A stretch of 56,175 nucleotides of DNA, filler included, from Sphacelaria rigidula (taxonomy: Eukaryota), in NCBI GenBank assembly GCA_964200075.2. It is 6 parts of 6 records of this genome, joined end to end, with 100 filler letters (N's around TTAATTAATTAA, not from the genome) between each part and the next. Parts side by side here need not be neighbours in the genome. Positions count along the whole stretch, not along the records: positions 18,761 to 28,039 come from CAXNAA020008845.1; positions 28,140 to 37,418 come from CAXNAA020008846.1; positions 37,519 to 46,797 come from CAXNAA020008847.1; 3 more parts are not named here. One strand, 5' to 3'. A program made the translations under genes and the position numbers. The notes under the pieces were generated by a model. It searched no databases and had not been told where the DNA came from. It saw only the letters and a program-made list of their open reading frames with translations. Below are positions 27,001-38,420 of the stretch, in pieces. Each line of letters opens with the position of its first letter. The stretch's first letter is position 1.

Positions 27001-27889
27001 GAAAAAAAATCCTCGACGAATAGCATCATTTTTGATCGAGCGCAGATCGTGGCGAGCGAGTCCCCACTGAGTATTTTTCTCACAACTTCGTAGTGAGGCT
27101 TGTGGGAACGCTGCATATTTCCCAGGCGTGCTGCAGCGTTTTATTGTATCGCTTCCGGGTGGTCACGGGTTGCGAGCTTCTACATTTGCTCCACGCTGTT
27201 TTGAACAGCCACGATAATACTCGCAAAGGGCAGAGGTTACGTACCCTCTCTTTTCACAACAGGTGGAAGCAGGAGCCGATCTGAACGGCTACAACAACGA
27301 TGGCTGTACTGCGCTAGACCTAGCTATCGCAGGAAACCATCGAGTGTTAGAGTGTTACCTCCGGGGAGAAGGAGCTCGCACCTCCGCCGAATTTTGGGAC
27401 GCTGCAGACACGGGTGAGAAGTGCGTATTTTCAGCCTTCATGTCCAACGAGGCGTGAGCGCTCTCGGATTCTTCCAAGTTGGGAAATAGGGTGGCGTTGA
27501 GGTTGAGCCGCGGATGGAGTCAAAAGTCATCGGGTGGACGGCGTAAACGTATCGCACACGCTTCTTCTTTACGCGCTTTCGTAGCTAATAAAAACACAGT
27601 CGATGTCTACTTAATTCTGTAGGACGTTGATGGGGGCATTGGAGCCACGTTGCTGCTCATTTCCCTTCATCGTCATGCTCACCTATTCTGGAACCTGCTT
27701 TCATACCGCCTCAACTTTACCGTCTAAAATACCGATACAAAAGGTGATGCTGCCACGGTTTCGAATATTCTGAAATGCAACGGACATCTGGTGGACGCGG
27801 TCGACCGGAACGGACGAACAGCACTCCTGCTTGGGTGCGTAGGTGGCTACATGAAGCTGGCCAAGATACTGGTGGAAGCCGGATCTGAC
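21013..27889 (+). CDS. Ankyrin-repeat protein with long low-complexity N-terminal region (start and 3' end unresolved)
   Basis: Exons ~21013-22813, ~23210-23793, 24227-24413, 24902-25163, 25877-25988, 27263-27413 and 27744-27889 are phase-compatible. They give ankyrin motifs DEKGRTPLMVACAAG, DWTPLMIACGGGWLDVVKILMAAGA, NTLMWACGGGHVNVVRFLLENGA, WSPLMIASDAG, DGCTALDLAIAGNH and NGRTALLLGCVGG. Joining the first two exons to the ankyrin exons is less certain. Confidence 0.8.
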
Positions 27890-28925
27890 GTACGTCTGAG
27901 TCGGTGACGCAGACTACATTGCTGTAAAATGCCGAGAGGCTTTATAAAAGAAATAATTATCCGTAGCGAGTGATGCCGCGACAGCCCCCCCTACGGATGG
28001 TTTTGAGAGGGGATAGGGATGAAAGCATATTTGCATGGCNNNNNNNNNNNNNNNNNNNNNNNNNNNNNNNNNNNNNNNNNNNNTTAATTAATTAANNNNN
28101 NNNNNNNNNNNNNNNNNNNNNNNNNNNNNNNNNNNNNNNAAAACTCGAAACCCTGGTGGAGGTATACAAATCAGAACAGTATGGTATGAAAATCTGTGTG
28201 CTGCCATAACATCGTTCCCGAAACCAAATTTGCTGCGGATTTGTTTCACCAGGATTCCTAAATCTGTGGGTCAAAGATCTGTTGCCATAACATCCGGCCT
28301 AAGGCATAATTAACGAAAAAAAGTGGGTCAGTTTTTTTTTTTTCTTCACTGGTTTAGGGCGTTCTACTGTGGTAAAGACCATTTCTTCACGAGAAAGCCC
28401 CAACTTCTACGAAAAAAAAAAATGGAGGCCCATTTTTTTCTACTCGGCACTCTTTTGTGGTTCTCCACACCAAAATTCGTCGTCATCCGCTAAATGCATC
28501 GATCGGGTATTGGCGCCATCTCCGTTAGGTATAGGAATTGCTAGACATGGGATTTGATCAACGAGAAAATACGGGCCCAAACTGTGGGGCAGATGGGCAC
28601 CTTCCTCTTGATTAGACGATTAATACGATATGCGGATCACGGCCCAACTCTTCTGTTTCGATTATATATTGCTTCTAGAGTATAAATCCGTTTTTAGGTT
28701 GGCCCAGCTCGTGTAGTATAGTATATGAGTAATAGGTGACAAGCTATCCGACGTGTGAGATCTTCACGCATGTCCGACAAGTATCGAGGCGTCGCCCACT
28801 GTAACATTGAAAAAAAGCCAAGATATGTAAGTTCAACGCACAACCGAAATGTTCTGGGTCATCCATCGAAACATGAAGGGACATGAGTGCTCAGGCACAC
28901 TGCTGTCTATACTACTGTAGTGCAC

Positions 28926-29349
28926 CGTCCCTACGGCGAAAAGTCGAAAGCAGTTTGGGTACGATTCGGGACTGCGGGCAGTCGCACGCAGCACATGACA
29001 TTGCTGCGGGTTTCTATCTAGACTTTCAATTTGTTTTTTGTTTGTCAGCAACAGACCGATCGCTCCCCGCTCCTGATTAACAATGAAAGTAATTTATACT
29101 TCCCGACCTGCAATGAAACTAACACTGATACTCAATACATGGTCATGGTCGCCGTGATGTGTACCTTAGAGTTTGCCGACTGTTGTGCTGCCGCTGCCGC
29201 CGCTGCGGCAGTTGTTGAAGTGTGCATGTTTGCAAATCCTTCTTTTTATACAACAAATGTCGGCCACTATGTGTACGCGAGGGCACGAACGATGACGTAT
29301 CCTGAACAGCAGATGCCAGAATCGCAAGCCACACAGTCACTGCCTTCAT
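28926..29349 (-). CDS. 5' exons of an unidentified plastid-targeted protein
   Basis: ATG at 29349 gives MKAVTVWLAILASAVQDTSS-FVPSRTHSGR, a signal peptide plus ASAFAP-like motif and basic transit-like peptide. Exon 1 is 29349-29165 (AG|gtacac). A phase-compatible exon 2 is 29013-28926 (NPQQCHVLRATARSPESYPNCFRLFAVGT), preceded by a CTGAC branch-like motif. The rest was not found. Confidence 0.6.
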
Positions 29350-29829
29350 TATCCAGCTCTAGTAGTGCACCGCGGTAATATACTGTCGTGTGCGTGACAT
29401 GATACGATGCTACCGGTCCTACGCGTATCGATGCTGAGCACCTCTTGATTGTCATCACCCAACAGCGCCTCTACTGAAAATGATCATTTTCTAAGTATAA
29501 CCTGCGTTCGCCTCTGCGCAGGCTCTGCACTGTGCATGTTACAGGCTAACGCATGATGATGGTGCTAAGCTAAGTGATCCTTGACTAAATGATGTATCAA
29601 ACGAATTCTGAGGAGCGCACTATAGTAAATATGCGGTACTCGTACAGCAATATCCCGGACCGCGCGGTGAATATCCTGTCTTTCAGTCGCGGGTCTGAAC
29701 ATAATTCTTGATACTGTAGGTAAAAAACAAATTCTGTTCCTAGGGGTGGTAAAATACGTGATACTGTTGTACTGCTGCCAGGCAGACATCAACACGTTCA
29801 ATTAGGGAAGCGACAGCACACTAATCATC

Positions 29830-32800
29830 ATGGGAGGATCGTGGCGATCTCTTCTTGCGTTATTTTCGGTGTTCGCGGCCGGTGAGTTCAATTTGATACC
29901 TCTGGTCTGAACGATTTTCTCGAGGATTAATTGTCTGTGCACCCCTCCCTGCCGTCACCCATCATGGCCGCAGACTCACCGTGGCTTCAAGCAACGTGGA
30001 CAAGAGCCAGGTGCAGGAAGGAGATCGCTGTCGTCTGCGAGAGGAAGTATATGTTATATGGTACTGTTTCTGGTGGACCAATCAATGCCTCCCTCTTTGC
30101 CGCCCTTTGCCGCCGGCCCTCCCTCGCTATTTTCGAAATATCCATCTCTACAACAGTACTGCTGCGCATGTTAAGCGCAGCATCGCTTTTGTACAACAAA
30201 CGATTTATGTGCAGGATGGTATCACATGATGCCACCACTTGCGTTTCTGATGTCTAACATAACCAAACGCAATCACCACGAAAGGTTGAGAACTTTGTCA
30301 GCCAGCATCGAGATAAATACACTAAAAAAATGTGCACCTCATGTCTACGCTTGGGAAGTTGTGTCTACATGTCACCGCAGCGGCTCAGAGCCCACGTCGA
30401 GCGGGGAAATAGAACTGCTGGTGAGAGTAATGTCCTTGGATTACCGTGCACAAATTGGACAGGGTGCCAATGCGACCCCTTCGCACCGTTGGCTTCGGTT
30501 TTCTGTGTATTCTCGCTATTTGCAGTTTGAAGTTAGGGCTCGAAGAGTGGCTCGCGGTGGCGCCAGTAACGGTCTGCGCATCGTGTTGGCCTCGGTACCG
30601 CCGCAAACAGTCTTCTACTGGATGAGTGTTGTTGTGTTCGTTGTCATCATCCCATCTAGCGCATCTGTCGGGGCCACACGGGAAGAAGGTCAACGCAAGA
30701 GTTTTTCTTGGTCTATTTGTAGCACTTCACCTTCCTTCTGCGGTGCTTGCCTTCCTTTTTATCGCGAGATGGGCTCAGCGGTTCCTTTCCCTCGTCGGCC
30801 GTGAAGTCGAACTTTGTGTACCCACAACGTCGTCGCTTCTGTGGTGCTTGTCTCCTTTTTTATCACAAAAAGAGTTCAGTGGCCCCTACTCCTCGTTGAC
30901 CGCGAAGTCGAACTTTGTGTACCCACGACACAGTCGCTCTCCACTGTTGGGCATGATGTGGGGGAAATTCAAGGTTGTGTTCCGTAGGCTACGGGTATGT
31001 TCTGTAGGGTATGAGATTCCTTACAGAACTCACAGAAATATCGGATATCGGTATGGAGGTCAGGGTTCAAACTTAGTTTCAGGGACCTGAAAAAATTGCA
31101 TCGCCCGAAGTCAGGGTCAAAATAAAAAAGGGAGACAGCGGTGACGCGGTAGACCTAATTGCTTTTTCTGGTGTCAAGTTCGCCCCGAATATCGACAAAT
31201 TGAGCTTCGCGTGCCCTGTGGCCTGTGGCGGCGGAGCCTTGGCCGGTCCAGGCCGTGTATATCGAAAGTGAAATATAATATATAGGTCTGATCGCGGGAT
31301 GTGGTGGGCCGATATATGTTGTTTCTATGGTGTCAAATTTTCACCCCGAAATTCGAAAAATTGCTTTGCGCATGGCCTGTCACCTGTGGCGACGGAGCCT
31401 TCGCTGGCCCAGCTCGTACAAGCTCTGACTGTCCCGCCACCCTGAATAGCAACGAATGTGCTTTCGATTTTCCGACCCCTGTAAGGATCCCAGCAGTTTC
31501 CCACACTCGAGTTGTCAACCTCTCGGGTGCCGGGCCTTGTTTCGTCACAAAAGTTTGGCTGACAGTTTCCGCCGCACCCCGGTGGTCTGTCTAGCGGTCC
31601 GACTATGACCGTAAGGGTAGAGAGAAAGTGGGTTCGATTCCCGATTCGTTAGATTTTTTCTTCGAAGTGTTTGAATTCCACTGTCGGAAGCGTGAAGCCG
31701 TGAGTAAACGAAAAGTACTTGACCGAGTTTGCTTGACGAGATTTGACGCGGTGCGGAAGTGTTGGGTCATGTTCCAGTTCGCGAGACCACAATGCAAGGC
31801 GCTCACAGCATTAGACGTGATGTATAAAGAAGAGTGGCATCGAGAAGACCGAAGAGGAACAGAGCAGATGATCAACAGTAGCTGACATCTGGGTATATAT
31901 CTCTCCTATGTTATTTCGCGTTTAGATTGATCGTTTGGCAAACGTGAAGTGCTCGTGCACCCAACCCGCCACATTAAAATCGAAAGTCGACTTGGTATTA
32001 TTTTGTTTTTGTTCAGGCAGCCTCTAAGCATCAATTCTCTTCAACGTTACACCGTGGGCAGCGCCTGAACCAGCTAGCTCGCGGTGTAGTCGGATGTTTC
32101 GTCAGATCACGACCAGAACTGAACGTGGTTTGTATTTACTAATGACCGGTCGGCCCGTTGGCTCAGTTGATAACCTCAAAACCTTCTGAAAGTTCGGTCC
32201 TGGGTTCGAATGTCGGAGCGATCTGGGATTTTTTCTCACATAATGCCCAACCGGGGAGAGCGACCATGTCGTGGGTACATCAACTTCGACTTAATGGTCG
32301 ATGAGGGAAAGGGACTACCGAACCCGTCTCACGATAAAAAAGGTGGAGAACTGAGAAAAGGAATATCCTGTGTTGGCCTTCCTTCTGTGTGACCCCGCTG
32401 GTGCGCCCACATATACCGAAAGGTGTAGACCGGCGTCCAGAAAAAATGGGACGACAAGACAAAAAGCGGCAGCTTTCAATCCCAAACTGCATTTCCAATA
32501 TCAAGGCCCCCCCTCGCCCCCTCGCCGTATTTCTCCGGTCGATAGTACTCACAGAATTGACCACAGTATTTGCAGTCTTGCCTTCTGAACGGTTGAGCCC
32601 GTTTGATGCACCGCTTCTGAAACTGTTGCACACATTCATGCCACAATCATGTTCTCGCCCCCCTCTGCCTACCCTCCTCTCCAGTCAACGCCTTCGTGGT
32701 GAAAATCCCGTTGGGGGGTGGTCACCGCTCTGCGACACCACAATCACTGTCGGCGATCTCGCCTTCGCGGCCCAGCGGCGGAGCCCGCCGATCGCCGTGG

Positions 32801-35555
32801 ACCTGCGTTGCCCCTGGAGGAGGAAAGTCGGCCGGTGCACAGGTGTCTGTGGAAAAAGCGACCACCACCATTGTGACTCCTAAGCCCAAGCTACAGCAGG
32901 AGCAAAAGGTGAACAGAAGAGGACGCGTTTGTGCGAAGGATACGCTTTTTTGTCACCCTTTCACCGCCAGGGTGAACGATCTGTTGAATGGACACCATGC
33001 TACCTTTTCATTTCTGGTGTAAGTGATTATACGAATTCGGCAGATCACCTACCGTAGCAGTCAAAGGGTTCAGTCGTTGAGGGTTACCGTGAGCAAGAAA
33101 TAGTTCATCTATGAAATGTATACAACTTGCTCTTCACTGGAAAACAAGATGTGTCAAAACCTTACATACCCAATGTGGGGAAAAGTCACAAGGGGACCGA
33201 AGTGGTGCATTTTCCTGCGTCGCAAAATTTCCGGGACTGATGGTACGATATTTCGGAAGAAGAGTATATATGCGCACTGTGGTTCATGGATACTTTCGGA
33301 ACTGTCGCCTGTCAACCCCGGGTCAGATGCGTCATTATTCACAGATGTCCAATTTTGCGAAAGGATAAAAAAAAGGATGTACCAACACAACAGCTGAGTG
33401 TGGAGCGCCGTTGCTTGAATGGCTCAATGGTAGAATACATTATTGCCTTTCATGTTATCCGGGTTCGATACTCCTGTAAGCGTTAGTGCAGAGGCCGACC
33501 TTTTGTTGGGAGGGAGGATTGTCTTCTTTTTTCGTTTCAGTCTACTGTGTCTGTTTCACCTTTGTGTTTCCTTTGCTTTTCTTCAGCCAGCGTTTCCATT
33601 TTGTTTTTCTTGGGTACGTCTATCATGTGACCACGGCTGGATCATGACCCCTGGGGGGATAGTCAAGATGCGACAATCAATCAAGACACTGCAGGCACCA
33701 GGCTCTAGTTGGGTTAGTTTTAACCCTTGGACCGCGAGGTTAGTCTTCTGTTGAATCGGCATCAATTTCAAGTGAAACAAAGTATGCATGATCCAGATAA
33801 GACTATCCTCGCGGTCTAAGGGTTAAGGGCCAGACGAGTTATGATTCGTACGACTATTAATTGTGTTTAGTGTAATTGATTCGTACAGTACGAATCAATC
33901 CCTGAGCTTTGTTTCTAACGTTGCACTCCTGGCACGCGCACTCCACGAACGCGGAATAAAGCCAACTAACCGTAGATGCGTTTTTTTACCCGCGATCAAC
34001 CTTTCTTTCTCTCTCTCGAGCACTCAGGCTTCAGAAAGCGTAAATTTCGTGATCCGAACCACCAATGATTCGTTCGACCCTTGGTTGGTTTATCCAATAG
34101 CAGCACGCTCGGGGTAAACATGTCCAACTGTGTTGATGTGTACACCGACCTTCAATTACAAAATTATAGCCCCGTTGTACAAATTGTCACGGTTCAAGTA
34201 CCGGTTCCCTAGCGCAGCATCTCACGTTTTGCTTTTGGCCGGACAATGAGTCTTCATCATGAACCCCGTTGATAATGGATCGTATGTGCAGACCAAGACG
34301 ACGACAAAGACGAAGCGTGCGACCCAGACAGAAGATGCGCCAATGTTCAGCGTTGTCCTCCTCGGAGACGAGGAGTACAACCGGGATCACGTCTTGCTCT
34401 CAATTCAGGATATCGTGCCCGACACGGACAACACCAAGGTGAGGCAAGAGTGACGGAAAAAAACTAAATAAGACCCTCGGCGATTCTAATTTCTTTGTTT
34501 TCTCATGGCGTTTTTGTCATATTTGAGACAATGAAGAGGATCGTAATTCCGGGGATGTCAAGAGCCGTGGTGTCTGGGCAGTACAGGACTTACAGTTAGT
34601 AGGAAGTGCCACTCTCTATGAGCCCTTTCTTTCTTCCAGTAGACCTCGTCAATTGGTCGTACACAATGTTTGGTACACGATTGTTCTGGATTTCAGACTG
34701 AACATCGATATCCGGATCTTTAGGGGCGCTGACAGTCCCCAGTGCTCCTAGCTCGTCCAGAGGGTTTTTTCGTCCAAACTCAGGGCTGCCGGCGCCGATT
34801 TGAGGTCTCGCAATGCACATTTTGCCCAGGAGACACTGTGCACCCCCCTTGCCCGATGTCTGCCAGTATGCCTTGGTCGGGGTCAGGGTTAGTGTTAGGG
34901 TTGTCGGCATTGCGAGACCTCCGTAGTACCAACCATTGTGTACGACCAATGGGTAAGGTCCCCTTCTTCGTACTCCCTGCAAGTAAGGGTAAAATTTTGG
35001 GCGTTACTTTCCCACCGCGTTCCATCCGAGTAGCTCCATGTAAAAATTCGGTTCAGATAGTTATGGTTTGACGGCAAGTCAGACTAAACTTTGGTACTTG
35101 AAGCTGAACATGAGCAATGTGTATTGAGAAATCTTGGAATTTCCACGTAGTACTACACAGGAGTGTCATTTGTGCTTGCTTCATTATCAGAGGTGGAATG
35201 CTGTGCGATGCTTTGTACTTCAAATTCAAGGCGTTTAGACGCACGTGACCGACTGAAAATGGTGTAAGTGTTTTGAATGATGTTTTCTTGACATCCACCG
35301 CACAAGATACACGGGCCCCAGCTTGCTTGCTATCGCTGTGATCTCTCTCATGATCGACATACACGCGCGGACACGATGGAAACACAGGCAGTCGAAATTT
35401 TTGAGGAAGCCCAGAGAGGCGGCAAGGGCATGTGCGGTGTTTACCCGGAGGAACAGGCGGAGTTATATGTGGAACAATTCACCCGCTGCGAGCCGATGAT
35501 CTTCGCCGACATGCAGAGAGAGGGGAAGAAGCCCTCGGTCAAGGATGGTGCATGA
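29830..35555 (+). CDS. clpS: Plastid-targeted ClpS-like ATP-dependent Clp protease adaptor, 4 exons, ~196 aa
   Basis: Exons 29830-29881, 32685-32908, 34292-34438 and 35388-35555 splice in frame. N-terminus MGGSWRSLLALFSVFAAVNA-FVVK is a bipartite plastid signal. The core APMFSVVLLGDEEYNRDHVLLSIQDIVP...AVEIFEEAQRGGKGMCGVYPEEQAELYVEQF matches the ClpS pattern (YxVxLxND...V...A...AHxxG...AE). Confidence 0.85.
31570..31830 (+). mobile_element. tRNA-derived SINE-like repeat; diverged reverse copy at ~4750-4965
   Basis: Pol III-like boxes (GTCTAGCGG; GGTTCGATTCC). The body GTTTGCTTGACGAGATTTGACGC...TTCGCGAGA matches the reverse complement of 4755-4810. Confidence 0.7.
32152..32392 (+). mobile_element. 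Second tRNA-derived SINE-like repeat; reverse copy at ~30715-30950
   Basis: A box TGGCTCAGTTG and B box GGTTCGAAT. Body GTCGTGGGTAC...TTCGACTT...GAGGGAAAGG...CGATAAAAA is the reverse complement of 30740-30830 and 30900-30940. Confidence 0.7.
33413..33482 (+). pseudogene. Degenerate tRNA-Gly(GCC)-like sequence, possibly a SINE head
   Basis: A box TGGCTCAATGG, D-loop GGTAGAAT, anticodon loop TTGCCTT in an imperfect stem, B box GGTTCGATAC; acceptor GCTT/AAGC only partly paired. Confidence 0.55.
33500..33685 (+). mobile_element. Retroposon 3'-tail repeat ending in (CAAT)n; reverse copies at ~9868-10050 and ~53015-53235
   Basis: Shared core CATGTGACCACGGCTGG...CCCTGGGGG...TCAGTTAAAG...CGACAATCAATCAA in three places, preceded by T-rich sequence. 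Confidence 0.75.
33724..33822. mobile_element. 99-bp piggyBac-type MITE
   Basis: TTAA|CCCTTGGACCGCGAGGTTAGTCTT ... AAGACTATCCTCGCGGTCTAAGGG|TTAA: 24-bp TIRs with 2 mismatches, CCC/GGG ends and TTAA target duplication. Confidence 0.9.
34641..34961. mobile_element. TIR element carrying TTAGGG-like motifs; copies at ~39770-40118 and ~47255-47535 (reverse)
   Basis: TTGGTCGTACACAATGTTTGGTAC and GTACCAACCATTGTGTACGACCAA form inverted arms. Internal GGGTCAGGGTTAGTGTTAGGGTT; shared body CCCCTTGCCCGA...GTATGCCTTGGTCG. Confidence 0.8.
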
Positions 35556-35799
35556 CCAGAATCGACTCTCACTGCCGGGGGATAATTTAGTCATGAGGGA
35601 GGTTGTCGAACAATAATGTCTTGTGCCAAGTGCTGGGTACTCGGGTGATTGCAGCTGAAGCTGCCGTACTAGGGGAGGTTGTTGAAAAACGATACATCGT
35701 ACGAAGGGCTGGGTACTGAGATGACTGCAGGAGAAGTTGCTGCACTAGACGATGGGCACAGCACCCGGGTATGATTTTCGGCGAGACGGAAACATCCAC

Positions 35800-36500
35800 A
35801 GTACGAACTTAGCCCGCTGGCAGTGACTTTTTAATGTTTCCAGGCCTGGCTGTGGGTAGTTCAAGGAATTGGGCCCTGAAATTTTGACACGACATTTTTA
35901 TTATCAATACGCACAAACTTCCGGGGGATGCAACGAAAAAAGAGAGAAAATAACAGAAAGTTGAAGCGATTTGAAGTTTCTGCAAAACTGGGAAAATGCT
36001 ACAACTCCGTGAAAATAAAGGAATACGTTGGCATCCCTCGGCCTGTTGTGCGTGCTTGTGGGAGGAGATCTTGGTGCAATTTCAATCAAAAATATCTCGA
36101 AGTGGGCGCAGCAGGACACTTTCGTGTGACACCGCTGCGCCCTTTTAACCCAACTGATGAAGGAGACTCCCGTTATGGACGTTACGAGATCGTATCCCGA
36201 CGGGGTTTTTTTTGTGCTCCGTCGGTGAGGTCATACATCATGCATTACATTTTTCTTCATTTTTTCCCTTCATTTAGCGGCGGTGCCGTGCGTTACCAGG
36301 TTGATCTGCAGGTCACACCATACACTCAAGTCGGGCTGAGTTGGTAAATCTAATGAGGTATGGTGTGACATGAAATGCGGGATTTACTACTGGTCCAGCT
36401 CGTGGAATTTTGCCGCTTCAAATGTAGAACTCTAGGTGTGAGCGCCGCTGAGACCACCCACCACCTCCGGACCTCCAGTCCTGAAAATTCATGGCGCGTT
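35800..36500. mobile_element. Non-coding dispersed repeat; second copy at ~53590-53935
   Basis: CAGTGACTTTTTAATGTTTC...GGCTGTGGG...GCCCTGAAATTTTGACACGAC...GGGCGCAGC...CACTTTCGTGTGACAC is colinear in both places. Confidence 0.8.
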
Positions 36501-37028
36501 GCTTTGTCATAACCTGATATTTGTTGAGTTCACGTCTCCTCTCACGTCGTGTGTGGTGCAACACGTTCGTTTCGGGTGCAATTTACACCCTGCTTTTTAT
36601 TTACTGAAGGCATCCTTCTCGTCTACAGCAAGCAGTGAAAGGGACCACCTCACAAAAAGCTTTCACCAAATGATGAAGGCACTCGAAGCGACCACCACAT
36701 GGGGAGGACCTCCCACCTTGCGCACTCTTTATTTCCAGTCTCGAAATAAGAGAGAAACTCAGCCAGCGGGAGAACGGACAAAGTCCATGAAGTTGAGAGC
36801 AAAAGCATCGTCATTTTCAACAATATTTTTCATGATGGAAAATGAATTCGTCACGAGAAACGAGTGTGTCATCCCCCCCCCCCCCCTGCTGGCCGACCCA
36901 CCCGCCTCTCCCCTCCTCCACCACCCGACCATTACGGGAAAAAATAAGTAGTCGACAACCCAGCGACTACCTTCGCGTGACAGCGCTGAATACCGACAGG
37001 CTGACCACTACTACGTGCGTTCCGCATC

Positions 37029-37321
37029 CTACCTTGGAGAAGTGTACTTGGGAATGCTCAATCTCAGTTCGCAATTCTCATGATGGGTAAGACACATAAT
37101 CCTGACCAAAACGGTCACAACAAGGAAGCGAGAACGCTTTATTTCCCAGACACGTACGGCTTTCCTTGCGACTTGAGCAACTCTTGCTCCGTCCAGTAAA
37201 TGTACGAATCCCAGCTATTTTTAAGTGACGCATCGGTGCCCACCCCTATGCTGTCTACGTAATACCCCGGCCTGTAGCCGGTTCCGGTTTGCCACGCGTG
37301 CATTCGGCTCCAGTTTCCAGC
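37029..37321 (-). CDS. Probable 3' exon(s) of an uncharacterised gene
   Basis: Exon 37321-37158 is bounded by cag|...|gtacgt and encodes AGNWSRMHAWQTGTGYRPGYYVDSIGVGTDASLKNSWDSYIYWTEQELLKSQGKP. The next acceptor at 37032 leads directly to TAG. Family not recognised. Confidence 0.5.
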
Positions 37322-37669
37322 CTGTTTTTCGTCCATTTGACAAACAGCAGTACAACAGCAGCAAGGGGAAGGGGGGTGTACTCATGACCATGCATGCCAT
37401 AGTCATAACACCATTGACNNNNNNNNNNNNNNNNNNNNNNNNNNNNNNNNNNNNNNNNNNNNTTAATTAATTAANNNNNNNNNNNNNNNNNNNNNNNNNN
37501 NNNNNNNNNNNNNNNNNNCTTGGGTGCGCAGTCGAGCAGCGTTGCCACCATTTGTCTCTTGGTGGGCGGGTGGGGGGCGTGTACTCATGATCATGCATGC
37601 CATAGTCATCACACCATTGATATCGCATCCCTACAAAGCCGGGACAGAGCACGCCGGATTTTCGGCGGA

Positions 37670-38420
37670 CCAGGCTACCCCGGTCAGGGGGGGAGCAGAT
37701 CATTGATGCGTTAAACATGTGTTATTGTCATGGAAATTGAAAGTAACTTCAACGTAGCTCCCCCTGATTGATATTTTTGCCCTTGCTGGATAGCTCCAAA
37801 GGGTATGGGCGAGCCATACATGCTTGAGAACTTCGGGGTTATGTGAAGTCTGCTCCGATTTTGAAGAAATCAGACCCAACCATGTACTTTGACTTCACTT
37901 CACGACTTTCAATACATGGGTGATCGTTTCCGTGTGCACCCACTAACCGCATCTTATACATGACCGTGTATGCAACTGAGAGAGAATGACATTGTTACGC
38001 TGCCGTCTGCTAATGCACGAAAACTGTTTGTGTCACCGTAATGCCATACTGTCTGCATACGTGCTACCAGGCACGGTACTATGTAAGCCGATTAGCCGTG
38101 AACGGAACTTGCGAGGCTTGGATGAACGAAACATGAGGTATTCACCCTACCCCCTGGTCAGGGGGGGCGAATCATTCATGCTCGAAATGCTTTTTTGTCA
38201 TGGAAAATGGATGTAACCTCTACGTGGTTCCCCCTGTTTGAGCGATTGCGCCCTTGGTAGATATCTTCAAAGAGTATAAACGAGCCATGCATGCGTAAAA
38301 GAAATGGAGAGTTGTGTGAAGTTGTTTCGATTCTAAGAGATCAAACCCAACCGTGTACTTCTAGCTTACCATTCAACTGTGAATACGTGGGTGGTTGTTT
38401 CCAGGTGCACTGCTTAACAT
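37670..38420 (+). repeat. Diverged direct duplication, ~470-bp spacing
   Basis: TACCCC.GGTCAGGGGGGG...TGTCATGGAAA...CCCCTG...CGAGCCAT.CATGC starts at both ~37676 and ~38148. Confidence 0.8.

Noticed and set aside
29974..30046. Possible extra exon in ClpS intron 1
   Set aside because: Both candidate lengths (37 and 73 nt) break the frame, while direct 29881-32685 splicing gives a clean VNA-F plastid motif.
31570..31645. Functional tRNA gene (also 32152-32220)
   Set aside because: A/B boxes are present but there is no proper cloverleaf, and each continues into a dispersed repeat body; treated as SINE heads.
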